From a virus (Duplodnaviria; Caudoviricetes), in the IMG/VR virus record IMGVR_UViG_3300021082_000087, positions 1 through 26,083 of that record: 26,083 bases of DNA, one strand, 5' to 3'. The position numbers and the translations under genes were made by a program. Of the stretch, positions 13,458 through 23,170 are shown piece after piece; position 1 is the first letter of the stretch; the number at the start of each line of letters is the position of its first letter. The notes below the pieces were generated by a model. The model was not told the DNA's origin. It did no database searches and worked only from the letters and a program-made list of their open reading frames with translations.

Positions 13458-15610
13458 CAGCGCCCCCGCCCCAGGCCGTAGGCCGACTCAAGCGAGCGCG
13501 AGAACGGATTGCCGCCCCGGATCACGTCCTGACTCAGCATCGAGCGCATCTTCTCGACAATCACCTCGAGGCCGCCGTCGTCGCGCGTGCGGGTCGACAC
13601 GCCGACGTTGGGCGCGTTGTTGTTGATGGTGACGTTCCATGGCCCACCGCCGGTGCCGGTCGCCCCGGCGCCGCCGGTCACGGCCGCCGGTTCGCCGGCG
13701 CGCGTGCTCGGGCCGGCCAGGCTCGCCGCAGCGTTGAACGTCGGGCGCTGCGCCAGCATGAGCGAGCTTTTGCCAAGGTCGGGGTTTGCAGTAAGGCCGC
13801 CGATACCGCCGCCCATCAGGCTCCTGATGATTTGCGTCGCGGCAAATTCAGCGACCAGCTTGGCGATGTCGGAGATGATTGATTTCACCATTTTGTTGAA
13901 GGCCTCGGCCGCCGTCATGCTGCCGTTTATCATGTCGCTGAAGAATTCGCCGATGCCGCTGCCGACTGCCTTCGCCGCCGCCTCCTCGAGCGCCTCCAGT
14001 TGTTTCTGGAAGTCGGTTTTTCCGTCGCCGGTTTTCTTTTTCAGTTCGTCGTCGGCCTCCTTGATGAGCTTAAGCCAATGCTCGATTTCGATGGTCCCGT
14101 CGCGGTAAGCCTTGTTGATGTTGTCGACGGCGAGCTTGTGGGCAAAGAACGGGTCGACGCTTGCCTTGAGCGCGTCGCCCTGCGCGGTCAGTTCCTTTTG
14201 CGCCGCCGCCACGGCCTTCTCGAAAATGCCCTGGGTGATGGCGCCCTTGCCCAACAACTCATCGTATTCGCGGAGCTTCTGGTTGTAGGCCTCTTGCGAG
14301 TCGACGGCCGCGGCCAGCGCCTCGCCGCGCTTCTTCAGCGCCTCGGCCTCCTTCTCGGCGTCGCTCTTTCCCTTGCTGCCGCCGCCGCCGCCTGCTGGTG
14401 GCTTGAGCGGCGTCGACTGCGGTTTGGCGGCGCCGCGCGACTGGATGCCCGCCGCGGCGGAGAATTGTTCCGCCAGCGGTATCAGGCCGACCAGCCGTTG
14501 CTGGTATTCATCGAGCGCGGCGCGGGCCAGGCGCGAGGCGCTTTCCGAATCGCGCCACGCATTGCCCAGCGCCGACCAGTTGCCGGACAGCAGGTTATAG
14601 GCTTCGACGCCGGCCGCCGCGAGCGAGCGGGCGATCACCTCGGCCGTGAACGCCACGTCGGAGAAAATGACGAGCACTGCTTCCATCAACAGCCGCAGCG
14701 CCTTGGCCCCCAACGCGATGGCAGAAAACTGGTTGTTGGAGCTTTCCAGCTCGGCCGTCCATCGCTTCAGGTTGGTGGCGATGAAATCCGTCGACGTGAC
14801 CAGGGTTTGCGTGATGCCGGCTGACTTGTCGAACGCCGCGGCCGCAAGGTCGGCTTGGGCGTTCAGGCGGTTCGTCGCCTGCTCGAAACTCTGCGGCAGC
14901 TTGGCGAACGCCGCCGCGGCCTTGTCGCTCGCGGCAATCAGCGCGTTGGCGACAACGTCGCTGGTCAGCTTGCCATCCTCGCCCAATTGCTTGAGCTGGC
15001 CGCTGGTGACGCCGATTGCGCTGGCGATGGCCTCGGCCACCAGCGGCGCATTCTCGCGAATAGATTTCAGCTCGTCGCCGCCCAGCTTGCCAGAGGCGAG
15101 CGCCTGGCCGAGCTGTTGCAGCGCCGCCGCCGTCTCGGCCGCGCTCGACCCGCCGACCTTGCCCAACTGGATAAAAGTCTCGGCAACCTTTTCAATCTGG
15201 GCATTGCTGGCGCCCATGCTGCCCATGGCAATCGTGAGCCGCTGCATAGACGCGCCCACGGCGTCGAGCGGCGCGCCGGTGCGCTCGACCACGCCAAAGA
15301 CGCGGCCCATCATGTCGCCCGCCCGGCCGGCGTCGCCCAGCAGAGCGTTGAAGCTGCCTTGCAGGTTCTTGAGCGCGTCGGAGGCCTTGACGATGGACTC
15401 GACGCCCTTCATTGCCGCGAACGCTGCGCCCACGGCAGCCGCCGCCTGCGCCATTCCCTTCATCGAATTTTGTAGGCCGGCGAATGTGTTTTGCGCCCGC
15501 TTGCTCGCCGCCTCGGCCTTGGCCAATGCGCGGGCGGCCTGGTCCATGCCCTTCTGGAATTGCTCTTGCTGTAGCTCCAGCGAGACGACGAGCGAACCCA
15601 TCTTTGCCAT
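13457..15610 (-). CDS. Tape measure protein (717 aa)
   Basis: MGSLVVSL N-terminus, QLGQALASGKL.GDELKSI.ENAP domain, Ala-rich helices, C-terminal ..LES.YGL.R. Confidence 0.92.
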   Translation of the reverse strand: MAKMGSLVVSLELQQEQFQKGMDQAARALAKAEAASKRAQNTFAGLQNSMKGMAQAAAAVGAAFAAMKGVESIVKASDALKNLQGSFNALLGDAGRAGDMMGRVFGVVERTGAPLDAVGASMQRLTIAMGSMGASNAQIEKVAETFIQLGKVGGSSAAETAAALQQLGQALASGKLGGDELKSIRENAPLVAEAIASAIGVTSGQLKQLGEDGKLTSDVVANALIAASDKAAAAFAKLPQSFEQATNRLNAQADLAAAAFDKSAGITQTLVTSTDFIATNLKRWTAELESSNNQFSAIALGAKALRLLMEAVLVIFSDVAFTAEVIARSLAAAGVEAYNLLSGNWSALGNAWRDSESASRLARAALDEYQQRLVGLIPLAEQFSAAAGIQSRGAAKPQSTPLKPPAGGGGGSKGKSDAEKEAEALKKRGEALAAAVDSQEAYNQKLREYDELLGKGAITQGIFEKAVAAAQKELTAQGDALKASVDPFFAHKLAVDNINKAYRDGTIEIEHWLKLIKEADDELKKKTGDGKTDFQKQLEALEEAAAKAVGSGIGEFFSDMINGSMTAAEAFNKMVKSIISDIAKLVAEFAATQIIRSLMGGGIGGLTANPDLGKSSLMLAQRPTFNAAASLAGPSTRAGEPAAVTGGAGATGTGGGPWNVTINNNAPNVGVSTRTRDDGGLEVIVEKMRSMLSQDVIRGGNPFSRSLESAYGLGRGR

Positions 15611-16101
15611 TAGCGCCCGCCTTTCGAGCGGCCGTAGGCCTTGCCGGCCTCGTAGGCGATGGCCTTGAGTGTCTCGACCACGAGGATATCGGCAATGCGT
15701 GCGTTGTTGGCGGCCACCGCCTTGGCCCAGAACGGCCGCATCGGTGGCGAGCCGGCATAGTTGCCGCCGCCGTGCCGCCGCTGGTAGGGCTTACGTCCGA
15801 TTTCCAGCACGTTGTAGTAATGCCGCGTCCGCTTCTCGCCGGGCACCTCCTTGAGCGCGACCCACGCCTTGCCCTTGTACTGTTGGCGCTTGCCTACCAC
15901 GCTGCGGATGGCCTGGCGCAGCCGGTTGGTGCGCTTGTAGCCCGTGGCAACCTTGGCGTAGGCCGCCTGGCGCAGCGCGGTTCGCAATTTGGCCGAGGCC
16001 TTGCGAACGCCGGTTTGCGCGGCGCGCTCCTGCACCGCCGCGGGAAACTTCTTCAGCTCGGCCCGAAGCGCCGCCAGTCCCTTGATTTCGAGCTTTGCCA
16101 T
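15610..16101 (-). CDS. HK97 gp10-like tail completion protein
   Basis: I.GL..L...L..., basic, with LE.G and PP.RPF motifs. Confidence 0.75.
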   Translation of the reverse strand: MAKLEIKGLAALRAELKKFPAAVQERAAQTGVRKASAKLRTALRQAAYAKVATGYKRTNRLRQAIRSVVGKRQQYKGKAWVALKEVPGEKRTRHYYNVLEIGRKPYQRRHGGGNYAGSPPMRPFWAKAVAANNARIADILVVETLKAIAYEAGKAYGRSKGGR

Positions 16102-16337
16102 CAGCGCCCCCGCAGCGCCATGGCGACGCCGGCCGGACCCATCGCCCCCAGCTCGGGCAACTCGTCGGGCGGTGTCGGGCGCGGCGTGTTGGCCTCGCGC
16201 GCCTTGGCCTTGGCGTAGGACTGCCAGGAAAGGAATTCAGCCAGCGTCATGGTCGCGCGTAACTCCCCTACAGTTCGCCCCAGCAACTCCGCCAGGCTGT
16301 GTTGCGCCAGACGCCAGGAGCGCCTTAGCCTTTTGGG
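16101..16337 (-). CDS. Tail assembly chaperone gpT portion, reached by -1 frameshift
   Basis: The -1 frame after C CCA AAA reads ...LAELLGRTVGELRATMTLAEFLSWQSY, a classic gpGT motif. Confidence 0.82.
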   Translation of the reverse strand, partial: PKRLRRSWRLAQHSLAELLGRTVGELRATMTLAEFLSWQSYAKAKAREANTPRPTPPDELPELGAMGPAGVAMALRGR

Positions 16338-16726
16338 TCCGCCGCGCCCTGCCCGCCGTCGCCGGTGTCGTCGGCGTCCTGCATGAATCCTTCCATGCCG
16401 TTGGCGCGCATCACGGCCGGCACCAGCTTCTGCGCCAGCGACACCGGCAGCCGCGCCACGTTGGATTCGCCCATCGGCCGACCGTTGACGTAGACACTGT
16501 GCGACAACAGATAGCGTTGCAGATCGGCGCCCTTCAGTTCGCCGGAATAGAGCCGGTCGGCCTGGGCCAGCAGCAGCGGCCGGATTTCCACAAACTTGCC
16601 GGCCGTGATTTCAAACGGCGTCGGCTCGAAAGTGCCGGCCAGCAGCGCGTCGAATTCCTCCGGCGTGACCGGCGCGTCGAGCACCGCCGGCTGGAATGGC
16701 GGCGCGTGTCCGTTGGCTTCTGCCAT
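16325..16726 (-). CDS. Tail assembly chaperone gpG
   Basis: Lies between the major tail and tape measure genes and ends in a slippery heptamer. Confidence 0.8.
   Translation of the reverse strand: MAEANGHAPPFQPAVLDAPVTPEEFDALLAGTFEPTPFEITAGKFVEIRPLLLAQADRLYSGELKGADLQRYLLSHSVYVNGRPMGESNVARLPVSLAQKLVPAVMRANGMEGFMQDADDTGDGGQGAADPKG
16331..16337 (-). other. -1 programmed frameshift site C CCA AAA (gpG/gpGT)
   Basis: X XXY YYZ heptamer near the gpG stop that opens the gpT frame. Confidence 0.82.
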
Positions 16727-16738
16727 GGGCTTTCCTTC

Positions 16739-17395
16739 CTAGAAACGGTGAACGGGTTTGGAACCGCACGTCATCGTCGCGCTGAAGCCTTGCACCCCGT
16801 CCACTGGGAGGTCCCACGTCACCATCGACACGACGGCCGGCGCAACGATGTCGCCCTGGGCGAACGGCAGGACGATGTCGAACGGCCGCTCCGCCCCGTC
16901 TTGTTCTGCTTTCAGCAGCGCGGGATAGGCGGGATCGGCAATGTTGATGTTGCCGCCAAACTCAATCGTCGTCGGCGGAATGATGGGCGACGTTATCGCC
17001 AGCGACGGGTCGCAGTAGGTGCCGGCCTGGATGGCCGCCGGCGCGTCGCTGTTGAACGTGATGGTCTTGGCCAGGCACGACAAATCGAACATGGCGGTCT
17101 GCGCGTAAAGCTGGAGCGCCGGCGTCGCGGCCAGTGTGCCGGTCGACAGCGTCGTGTCCGAACCGACCAGCAGGAAATTGGTCACGGTCGGCGTGCCGAC
17201 TGTAAACCACTTGCCGTCAATCTCGGGAAAGCCCGATGTCGAGACGTAGACCATGTCGCCCGCTTTCGCGGTATTGGCGACAGTGACCATTGCGGGTTTC
17301 GCCTTGCTGATGGCGGTTGGCACCAGCGCAACCGGCGCCGTCGCGCCGCCCAGCCACATCTTGAGGCCCTTGGTCGAGTAGGCTTTTGCCGGCAT
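16739..17395 (-). CDS. Major tail tube protein
   Basis: AISKAKPA.VT Ig/ubiquitin-like insertion, beta-rich tube fold; AGGAGG SD; position in the operon. Confidence 0.8.
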   Translation of the reverse strand: MPAKAYSTKGLKMWLGGATAPVALVPTAISKAKPAMVTVANTAKAGDMVYVSTSGFPEIDGKWFTVGTPTVTNFLLVGSDTTLSTGTLAATPALQLYAQTAMFDLSCLAKTITFNSDAPAAIQAGTYCDPSLAITSPIIPPTTIEFGGNINIADPAYPALLKAEQDGAERPFDIVLPFAQGDIVAPAVVSMVTWDLPVDGVQGFSATMTCGSKPVHRF

Positions 17396-17396
17396 G

Positions 17397-17801
17397 TCAC
17401 GGCCCTCCTGTTATGTATCGGTAAGTCAGCGGCGTATTCAGTCTGTACCAGCGGTCCGCCGTCCCCGCTGAATGCTCGGCCGTGCCGGATGCGCGCTCCA
17501 GAACGAGCTGGCCTTCCGGGTCGACCCGCGCCAGCAGCTCGGCCACGACGGCATCGCTCGCCGCGGCCACGATGGCGTCGCCGGCGTTAGGCTCGCCGCC
17601 AACAATCACGTTGAGCGAGCCGGTCTCCTGGACGATGCCGCAGAATGCAATCGGCTCGACCGTGTCGGACTCCCACACGACGGTGAACCAGGCGCTGGAA
17701 TCGGCCGGCCGGTCGTTGTCGTTGATGGTCGCGACGAACGCGGCGCCCAGCACCTCGTCGCACCAGCCGCGCACCAGGGCGCGCTTATAGGCCTCGCTCA
17801 T
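17397..17801 (-). CDS. Tail terminator-like protein
   Basis: 134 aa, ATGA overlap; ETG...V.V and C-terminal WYRLN...Y; lies just before the tail tube gene. Confidence 0.65.
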   Translation of the reverse strand: MSEAYKRALVRGWCDEVLGAAFVATINDNDRPADSSAWFTVVWESDTVEPIAFCGIVQETGSLNVIVGGEPNAGDAIVAAASDAVVAELLARVDPEGQLVLERASGTAEHSAGTADRWYRLNTPLTYRYITGGP

Positions 17802-18133
17802 GGCCCCGCCTCGCCGCCGGCACAGGTGCAGCGCCAGCCGTACAGCTCGCCGGCGAACAGCACCGGCACGATGCCGTCGATGGTCAGGGACTCGCCCGCG
17901 ACCTGGATTCGGTCGAGCACACGCGGCGTGCCGCCAGCGGTATCCATGGCGCGGATCGTCACCTTGCGAACCCCGAAGCCCAGCGCGTTCGCCACTGCCA
18001 CGTCGGTTTCGCGGCCGACCGCAAAACCGGCGCGCAGCTCGACTGCCACGCCGCCCTGAATCCAGGTCGCCGGCGCCGACAGGAACGCCACGTTGGTTTC
18101 CCAGGCGGTGCGGTGAGCGGCGGGCGAGAACAT
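17798..18133 (-). CDS. Head closure / head-tail joining protein
   Basis: 111 aa, beta-rich, P...DRI.V.GE...I; TGATG-coupled to the connector gene. Confidence 0.65.
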   Translation of the reverse strand: MFSPAAHRTAWETNVAFLSAPATWIQGGVAVELRAGFAVGRETDVAVANALGFGVRKVTIRAMDTAGGTPRVLDRIQVAGESLTIDGIVPVLFAGELYGWRCTCAGGEAGP

Positions 18134-18729
18134 CAGGCACCCCCCACGACGGATTCGGCGCGATAGCGCGACAGCAGGCCGGCCACCTGGGGCGAGACCG
18201 TGCCGCCCAGCAGCTCGTCGGCCGTGGTCTCGCCGGCAGCGCCGACGCTGTATTCGACCGTCCCCACGTCCGGCGTCGTGACCCGCCGCACCGTCTGGCC
18301 CATGTCGGCGCCGGCGGCCGACAGGGTCGACGGGTAGAGCTGCGCGGCAACCATCCATAGCGCCAGCTCAAGGTCGGGCGGCATGGGATCGAAACCGCCG
18401 GTATAGGTCGTCGTCACCGAGACGTAATAGCAGCCCGGCGCCACCAGGTGGCCGGTGCGCTTGTCGAGCTTCACCCAGGTCAGCTCCAGCGCCTCGCCGT
18501 TCACCGTGATCGCGGTCAGCGATTCGACCGGCCAGGCGCGCAGGCGAATTACGCCATGCACCGGCGCGTCGTCTTGTATCCGCTCGATCAGCTCCAGTTC
18601 GCGGTCAAGCCACGTCTCGACGGTCGCCAGCGCCAGGGTCAAGGCACGGGTCGCCTGGTCGTCGGTCGGCGGCGTCGTGCCGCCCAGCCAGGCAATCCAT
18701 GCGGCGCGCGTGTCGTCTACCCAGCTCAC
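18133..18729 (-). CDS. Head-tail connector (gp6-like adaptor)
   Basis: VE.WLDR.L...WPVES..., TYTGGF..MP.DL, LL.RYR. Confidence 0.8.
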   Translation of the reverse strand: MSWVDDTRAAWIAWLGGTTPPTDDQATRALTLALATVETWLDRELELIERIQDDAPVHGVIRLRAWPVESLTAITVNGEALELTWVKLDKRTGHLVAPGCYYVSVTTTYTGGFDPMPPDLELALWMVAAQLYPSTLSAAGADMGQTVRRVTTPDVGTVEYSVGAAGETTADELLGGTVSPQVAGLLSRYRAESVVGGA

Positions 18730-19358
18730 GGCACGGCCTCCAGCGCCATCGGCGCGCGCTTGCCATCCGACCAGACGGCGAACAGCACGCCGGCCTCGGC
18801 CTCCAGCTTGACCAGGTTGGCGCCATCGGCGCCGCGCTTGCCGGCCTCGCCCTGCTTGCCAGCTTCGCCTGGTGCCCCCGTCTCGCCTGGCCGACCCCGG
18901 CGCCCACGCACCGCAAGCCAGACGAGTCCGCCGCCGGCGGTCTGCAATTGCATCGACCCGTCGCGCGCGACCAGGTCGCCGGCCTCATACTCGGCGCCGT
19001 CGATGTGCAGCCCGCGATAGCGGAAGCCGTGCAGGCCCAGGCGGCGCCATGTAACGCCGTCGCCGGGCTCGGCCGCGGTATCGGCCACGGCCTCGAAATA
19101 CTGACCGTGAAAATGCTGCACGACGACGCCCTGGCGATAGACGCCGACCGCCCATGCCGGCGCGTCGATGCGCCCTTTCAGGCTGGCCACCTCGGCGCGC
19201 GAGGCCTCCAGCACCTCGCGCATGGCGTCTAGTTCCATCACCAGCGGTTCAAGGTCGGGCGCCTCGGCCTTCAGCGTCGCCACCTCGCGGCGCAGCGCCT
19301 CCAGCTCCAGCACCAGCGGCTCGACGGCCTGTTGCAATTGGTACTCCAGGTCAGGCAT
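18726..19358 (-). CDS. Coiled-coil plus collagen-like head-associated protein
   Basis: Duplicated EPLV.EL.A.R helix, YRG.....EY.AGD.V...GS module, and about 10 Gly-X-Y triplets. Confidence 0.7.
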   Translation of the reverse strand: MPDLEYQLQQAVEPLVLELEALRREVATLKAEAPDLEPLVMELDAMREVLEASRAEVASLKGRIDAPAWAVGVYRQGVVVQHFHGQYFEAVADTAAEPGDGVTWRRLGLHGFRYRGLHIDGAEYEAGDLVARDGSMQLQTAGGGLVWLAVRGRRGRPGETGAPGEAGKQGEAGKRGADGANLVKLEAEAGVLFAVWSDGKRAPMALEAVP

Positions 19359-20730
19359 GGGCGCGCCTTTCCAATCTGGCGCGCAACAGCGAGGCGGCGC
19401 GTGCCGGGTCGAAATCCTTTGCGGTGTTTTCGTTGGACGCCGGCGCCGGGGTAGCGGCCACCGGCGCCGGCGTTGGCGCCGCGTTCTTTTCGGCAATCTT
19501 TGCCAGCATGGGCAGCGGCGTCATTTGCGCTTGCATGAACGGCGTGTCGCCGGCGGCCTGCGGGTTGAGGCCTTCCAGCTCGCGCGCTTCGTTGGGCGAG
19601 TACAGGCCGCCCTGCACGCCCTTGGTCAGCGCGTCGATGCGGGCGGCGAGGTCGGAGCGTAGCAGCGCGTTGGTGTCCAGCTCGACGTAGTCGGAGCGCG
19701 CAAAGCCGAAAGCGCGGTCCATCATGCGCTCGATATTTTCGATCAGGCTTCCCAGCGATACCGCCAGCCAGTGATTGATGAGCTGTTCCACATTGTTGTA
19801 GGTCGCGCCCTGGAGCACGCCGATCACTGGCAGCGGCACGCCCATGACGCGGGCGATTTCCTCAATGCTCATGCGCTGCGATTCGATGAGCTGCGAGTCG
19901 ACGGACGACACCGCGAGCTGCTGGAACTTGAGGCCGTTGCCCAATATCGGCAATTTTCCCTGCGCCATGCCGGCCGATTGTTCCTCAAACGCCGTACGAA
20001 GCCTTGTCATCTGGTCGCGTGATAGCGTCTGGTCGGTCGCCAGGATGCCGCTTGGCCGCGCCATGTTCTCAAAGAACGCCGCCTGGCTTGCCGACAATGC
20101 CACGTTGATGCCGGTGGCCAGCGCCGCCGCCGCCAGCGCCGTCTCGCCGACCAGCGGGTGACGCGGCGTGTACTGCCTGAAATGGATAACGTCGCGCGCC
20201 GGCACCAGCGTATCGGTCAGCCGCGGGTAGAGGCCCTGCGCCGATTCGTTGACCTGGTAGAATATGGCGCCGTCGTCGGCCACGAACGGCGACCACGAAC
20301 GGCGCGGCACCTGATGCAATTCGATGGGCGCCAGGCGGCCGTCGCGCACGATCAGCGCCATCGCCTCGCCGTCGAATCCCATGCCGGCGATGATATTGAA
20401 AAGCCACTGGTCCCAGGTCTGGTAGGAATTGGGATAGCGCAACAAGCGCGCCGCCGGCGAATCCTCGACCACCTCATGCTTGCCGCTGGTGCTGATGCGC
20501 TTGTGAACCGGGTAGCATTGCGACGCGGCGCGACTGAAAGACATTACGCACGCGAACGCCGCCGGCACGCCGCGGCCGTCAATCGGGCCGCCGCCCAGGC
20601 GCAAGCCGCGCTCGAAACCGTTGCCGAACGGGATTTCAAATAGCCGGCCGCTTTCGATGCTCGACCCATACGCCATGCGCCACGCGCCCTCCGCGACGGC
20701 GCGGCGTATCCATTGCGTAATGGCGCCCAC
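19351..20730 (-). CDS. HK97-family portal protein
   Basis: LL..PN.YQT, DVIHFR......L.G, FF.N.ARPSGIL, EEIARV.GVP, SPNEAR..EGL.P. Confidence 0.95.
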   Translation of the reverse strand: MGAITQWIRRAVAEGAWRMAYGSSIESGRLFEIPFGNGFERGLRLGGGPIDGRGVPAAFACVMSFSRAASQCYPVHKRISTSGKHEVVEDSPAARLLRYPNSYQTWDQWLFNIIAGMGFDGEAMALIVRDGRLAPIELHQVPRRSWSPFVADDGAIFYQVNESAQGLYPRLTDTLVPARDVIHFRQYTPRHPLVGETALAAAALATGINVALSASQAAFFENMARPSGILATDQTLSRDQMTRLRTAFEEQSAGMAQGKLPILGNGLKFQQLAVSSVDSQLIESQRMSIEEIARVMGVPLPVIGVLQGATYNNVEQLINHWLAVSLGSLIENIERMMDRAFGFARSDYVELDTNALLRSDLAARIDALTKGVQGGLYSPNEARELEGLNPQAAGDTPFMQAQMTPLPMLAKIAEKNAAPTPAPVAATPAPASNENTAKDFDPARAASLLRARLERRAHA

Positions 20731-20733
20731 GCG

Positions 20734-20991
20734 CTAGCCCTCGGCCTCGGGTTCGGCCTCGGGTTTGGCCTTGCCGCGTGTCCTCGGCGGCGCCGGCGGC
20801 GCATCGAGGCCGGCAATGTAGAGCGGCGAAATCCATTTCAGTTTGTGGGCGCCGACCATCGGGTCCTGCATCCGGCCGGACGCGATGCCGGCGTCGCGCT
20901 GCGCCTTGGTCATCTCTACGAATCCGGTGCGCTTGTCGGATTGCAAGCCCTGCACGACCCACGCGACGATCCGGTTAGCCAGCATGGCCAT
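20734..20991 (-). CDS. Small protein downstream of the capsid gene
   Basis: AAGGAG SD; 85 aa with a basic/acidic tail. Confidence 0.7.
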   Translation of the reverse strand: MAMLANRIVAWVVQGLQSDKRTGFVEMTKAQRDAGIASGRMQDPMVGAHKLKWISPLYIAGLDAPPAPPRTRGKAKPEAEPEAEG

Positions 20992-21004
20992 GGCAGCTCC
21001 TTGC

Positions 21005-21048
21005 GAAAAAGAGAGAGGCGCGGCGGGGGAAATAGTCGCCGCGCCCCT
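21005..21048 (-). terminator. Intrinsic terminator after the major capsid gene
   Basis: 9-bp GC stem (GGCGCGGCG / CGCCGCGCC) followed by TCTCTCTTTTT on the minus strand. Confidence 0.75.
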
Positions 21049-21068
21049 CCAGTTACCCCTCTAACCAA

Positions 21069-22481
21069 CTACCAGGCGACGGCCGTAAGCTGCTGGACGG
21101 CGCCGTCGCGCAGGTCATCCCACGATACCTCGCGGATCATCCGCAGCGCCGCGCTGTTGGTCTGGTAGAGCGAGCGAACCGGCGCGGCGACGACGGCCGG
21201 CGTGCCGGTCGTGCCGATTGGCAGCGGCGTGGTGTTTTCCTCGTGCAGCGTCGCCTCGGTGCTCATCTCGAATTCCGGCGCACCGCCGGCCATAAAGACG
21301 GCATCGCCGTCGACCAGCAGCACCTCGGTCGTCGGGAAGAAGTGCGACACCGCGACGGAGTAGCCCTTGAGCGTGCCGCCGGCCGCCGACAGGCCGGGAT
21401 AGACGGCGCCGCCGGTGGCGAACATGAGCGAGGCCAGCTTGGCCGCGTTGGCCTTGTTCATCACCCACGACGTATTCGGCCCGCCGAGGCGGCGAACGGC
21501 GACGAGCTGCGTAACCATCTTTTGCAGATCGCTGTCGATGTCGGCCACGGTCGGCGTCGCCGTCGCAACGCGGGTATCCTGGGCGGCAATGCCGTTGGTC
21601 AGGCCGGCCGGTCGGGTCGACGAGCTTGCGGCGTTGCCGAAAACGTAACCGTCCATGATTTCCGCCGTGTCGTCGATCATCGCCTGGCGGATCATTTCCT
21701 CGATGGACGGCGTCGAGCGGCGCAACAGCTCGCGGGTGAACGTGCCGATCACGCCCATGCTGTAGGGCAGCAGGGTCTTGCTTCCCGTGGTCAACCGGCC
21801 GACGCGAATCGGCGCACCCTCGGCGCGGAACGCCGCGTCGAAATTGTCGGGAAATGCCGCGCGCGCCACGCGGTACGGCACGACAATCGGCGCGCCGTCA
21901 TCGAATGTCCCACTGCGGAAATTGACCTGGCTTACCGCCGACACGCCCTTGAGCGATTCCATGAACGCGGCGTAGGTCTGATGCACAAGCTCCTGGGCGT
22001 AGCCGGGAACATTGGTCATCGCCGGATTCTGCGCCGCACGGGTCAGCAGCTCGCCGCGCAGCACCTCATAGCCGCGCACCGCGTTGCCGCGGTTGAGCGA
22101 CAGCGTGCAGAGGTCGCGGGTCAGGTCGGAATCGCCATAGCGCTCGCGCATCACCTCCTCGACCGGCTGGCGCGAGAAATAGCTAACCGCGGCCACGACG
22201 CCGGCGCGCCAGATATGGTCCGGTTTCACTTCCTCGCGCTTGCGGAGCTGCACGATGGTTGGCGCCACCGGCAACGCGGAATTCATCAGGGCGCGTTCGG
22301 CGCGCTGCAAGGTCGCCAGGGTTTCGGAATCGCGAGTGACGGTCGCGGCGAGCTGGTCGGCCTGGGCGCGAACGGTCGTGTTGTCGGCGTCGCCGTCTAG
22401 TGACTTCAACAGGGTTTCAAGGTTGGCGCGGTCGGTCGCGCCCTTCTGTGCAATCGTTGCAATCTGGTCGGAAACGGACAT
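21069..22481 (-). CDS. HK97-fold major capsid protein (470 aa including a delta-like domain)
   Basis: AEG.PI.V, FTRELLRRSTPSIE..IR, RPAGL.NG, WVMN, SLYQTNS.ALR......W. Start moved to ATG 22481. Confidence 0.93.
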   Translation of the reverse strand: MSVSDQIATIAQKGATDRANLETLLKSLDGDADNTTVRAQADQLAATVTRDSETLATLQRAERALMNSALPVAPTIVQLRKREEVKPDHIWRAGVVAAVSYFSRQPVEEVMRERYGDSDLTRDLCTLSLNRGNAVRGYEVLRGELLTRAAQNPAMTNVPGYAQELVHQTYAAFMESLKGVSAVSQVNFRSGTFDDGAPIVVPYRVARAAFPDNFDAAFRAEGAPIRVGRLTTGSKTLLPYSMGVIGTFTRELLRRSTPSIEEMIRQAMIDDTAEIMDGYVFGNAASSSTRPAGLTNGIAAQDTRVATATPTVADIDSDLQKMVTQLVAVRRLGGPNTSWVMNKANAAKLASLMFATGGAVYPGLSAAGGTLKGYSVAVSHFFPTTEVLLVDGDAVFMAGGAPEFEMSTEATLHEENTTPLPIGTTGTPAVVAAPVRSLYQTNSAALRMIREVSWDDLRDGAVQQLTAVAW

Positions 22482-22483
22482 GG

Positions 22484-23107
22484 CTATGGCTTTCGGTAGA
22501 GCGCGCGCGCGTTGGCGTTGAGTGCTGCAATCACGCGGGCGCGGGTTGCTTCGTAGCCTTGGCGCTCGCTTTCGGCGCCCTCCATGTCGGCCAGCGGGTC
22601 GCGGCGCGTGAACACCTGGGCGCCCCACGGGTCGAACATTCGGACAATTTCGATGGTGGCTTTCTGGTTCATCGGCAGCGTGACGGCCGACAGCTCCAGC
22701 CAGCGCCAGGCGGTATAGCGCACGCCGGTCATGGCGCCGCCGCGGTCCAGGATCGGCTCGCCCTTGAGCGGCTGGGCGCCAATCGACAGGCCGCCAACCA
22801 GGCCGGCCTTGATCTGTTTCCATGCCTGCTCGACGTAATCGAGGCCGGAATCCCTGGCCAGTTCGGCGCGTACCTGGATGTCCGAATCTGACACCCTGGC
22901 CAGCGTAACCTGGCCGATTGGCCGGTCGCGGTCGTGCTGGATCAGGAGCGGCAGCGGCAGCTTGTAGGCGGCGCCCTTTGGTTCGATCACGTCGCCGGCG
23001 AGGTCGGGCGCGGCGTGCGAGGCGATGCCTTCCAGCACGCGGGCCTCGTCGTCCACAGCCTTCCAGATTACGGTCGAAACGGCCCGAAACGGCGACAGGC
23101 TCGGCAT
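22484..23107 (-). CDS. HK97-family prohead protease
   Basis: EGIAS....D..GDVIEP.GA..LPLPLL.QHD...PIG, GLSIG, ELSAVT.P.N..A.I. Confidence 0.93.
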   Translation of the reverse strand: MPSLSPFRAVSTVIWKAVDDEARVLEGIASHAAPDLAGDVIEPKGAAYKLPLPLLIQHDRDRPIGQVTLARVSDSDIQVRAELARDSGLDYVEQAWKQIKAGLVGGLSIGAQPLKGEPILDRGGAMTGVRYTAWRWLELSAVTLPMNQKATIEIVRMFDPWGAQVFTRRDPLADMEGAESERQGYEATRARVIAALNANARALYRKP

Positions 23108-23170
23108 ATTGCCCCCACGGCTAGTGCGCCTGGGCGATACCCCTACACCATTCGTGGTGGCTTTGACTAG

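Noticed and set aside
23135-23152. Sixth repressor operator upstream of the protease gene
   Set aside because: Only the left half (CGATAC) matches; the conserved GTATTG half is absent.
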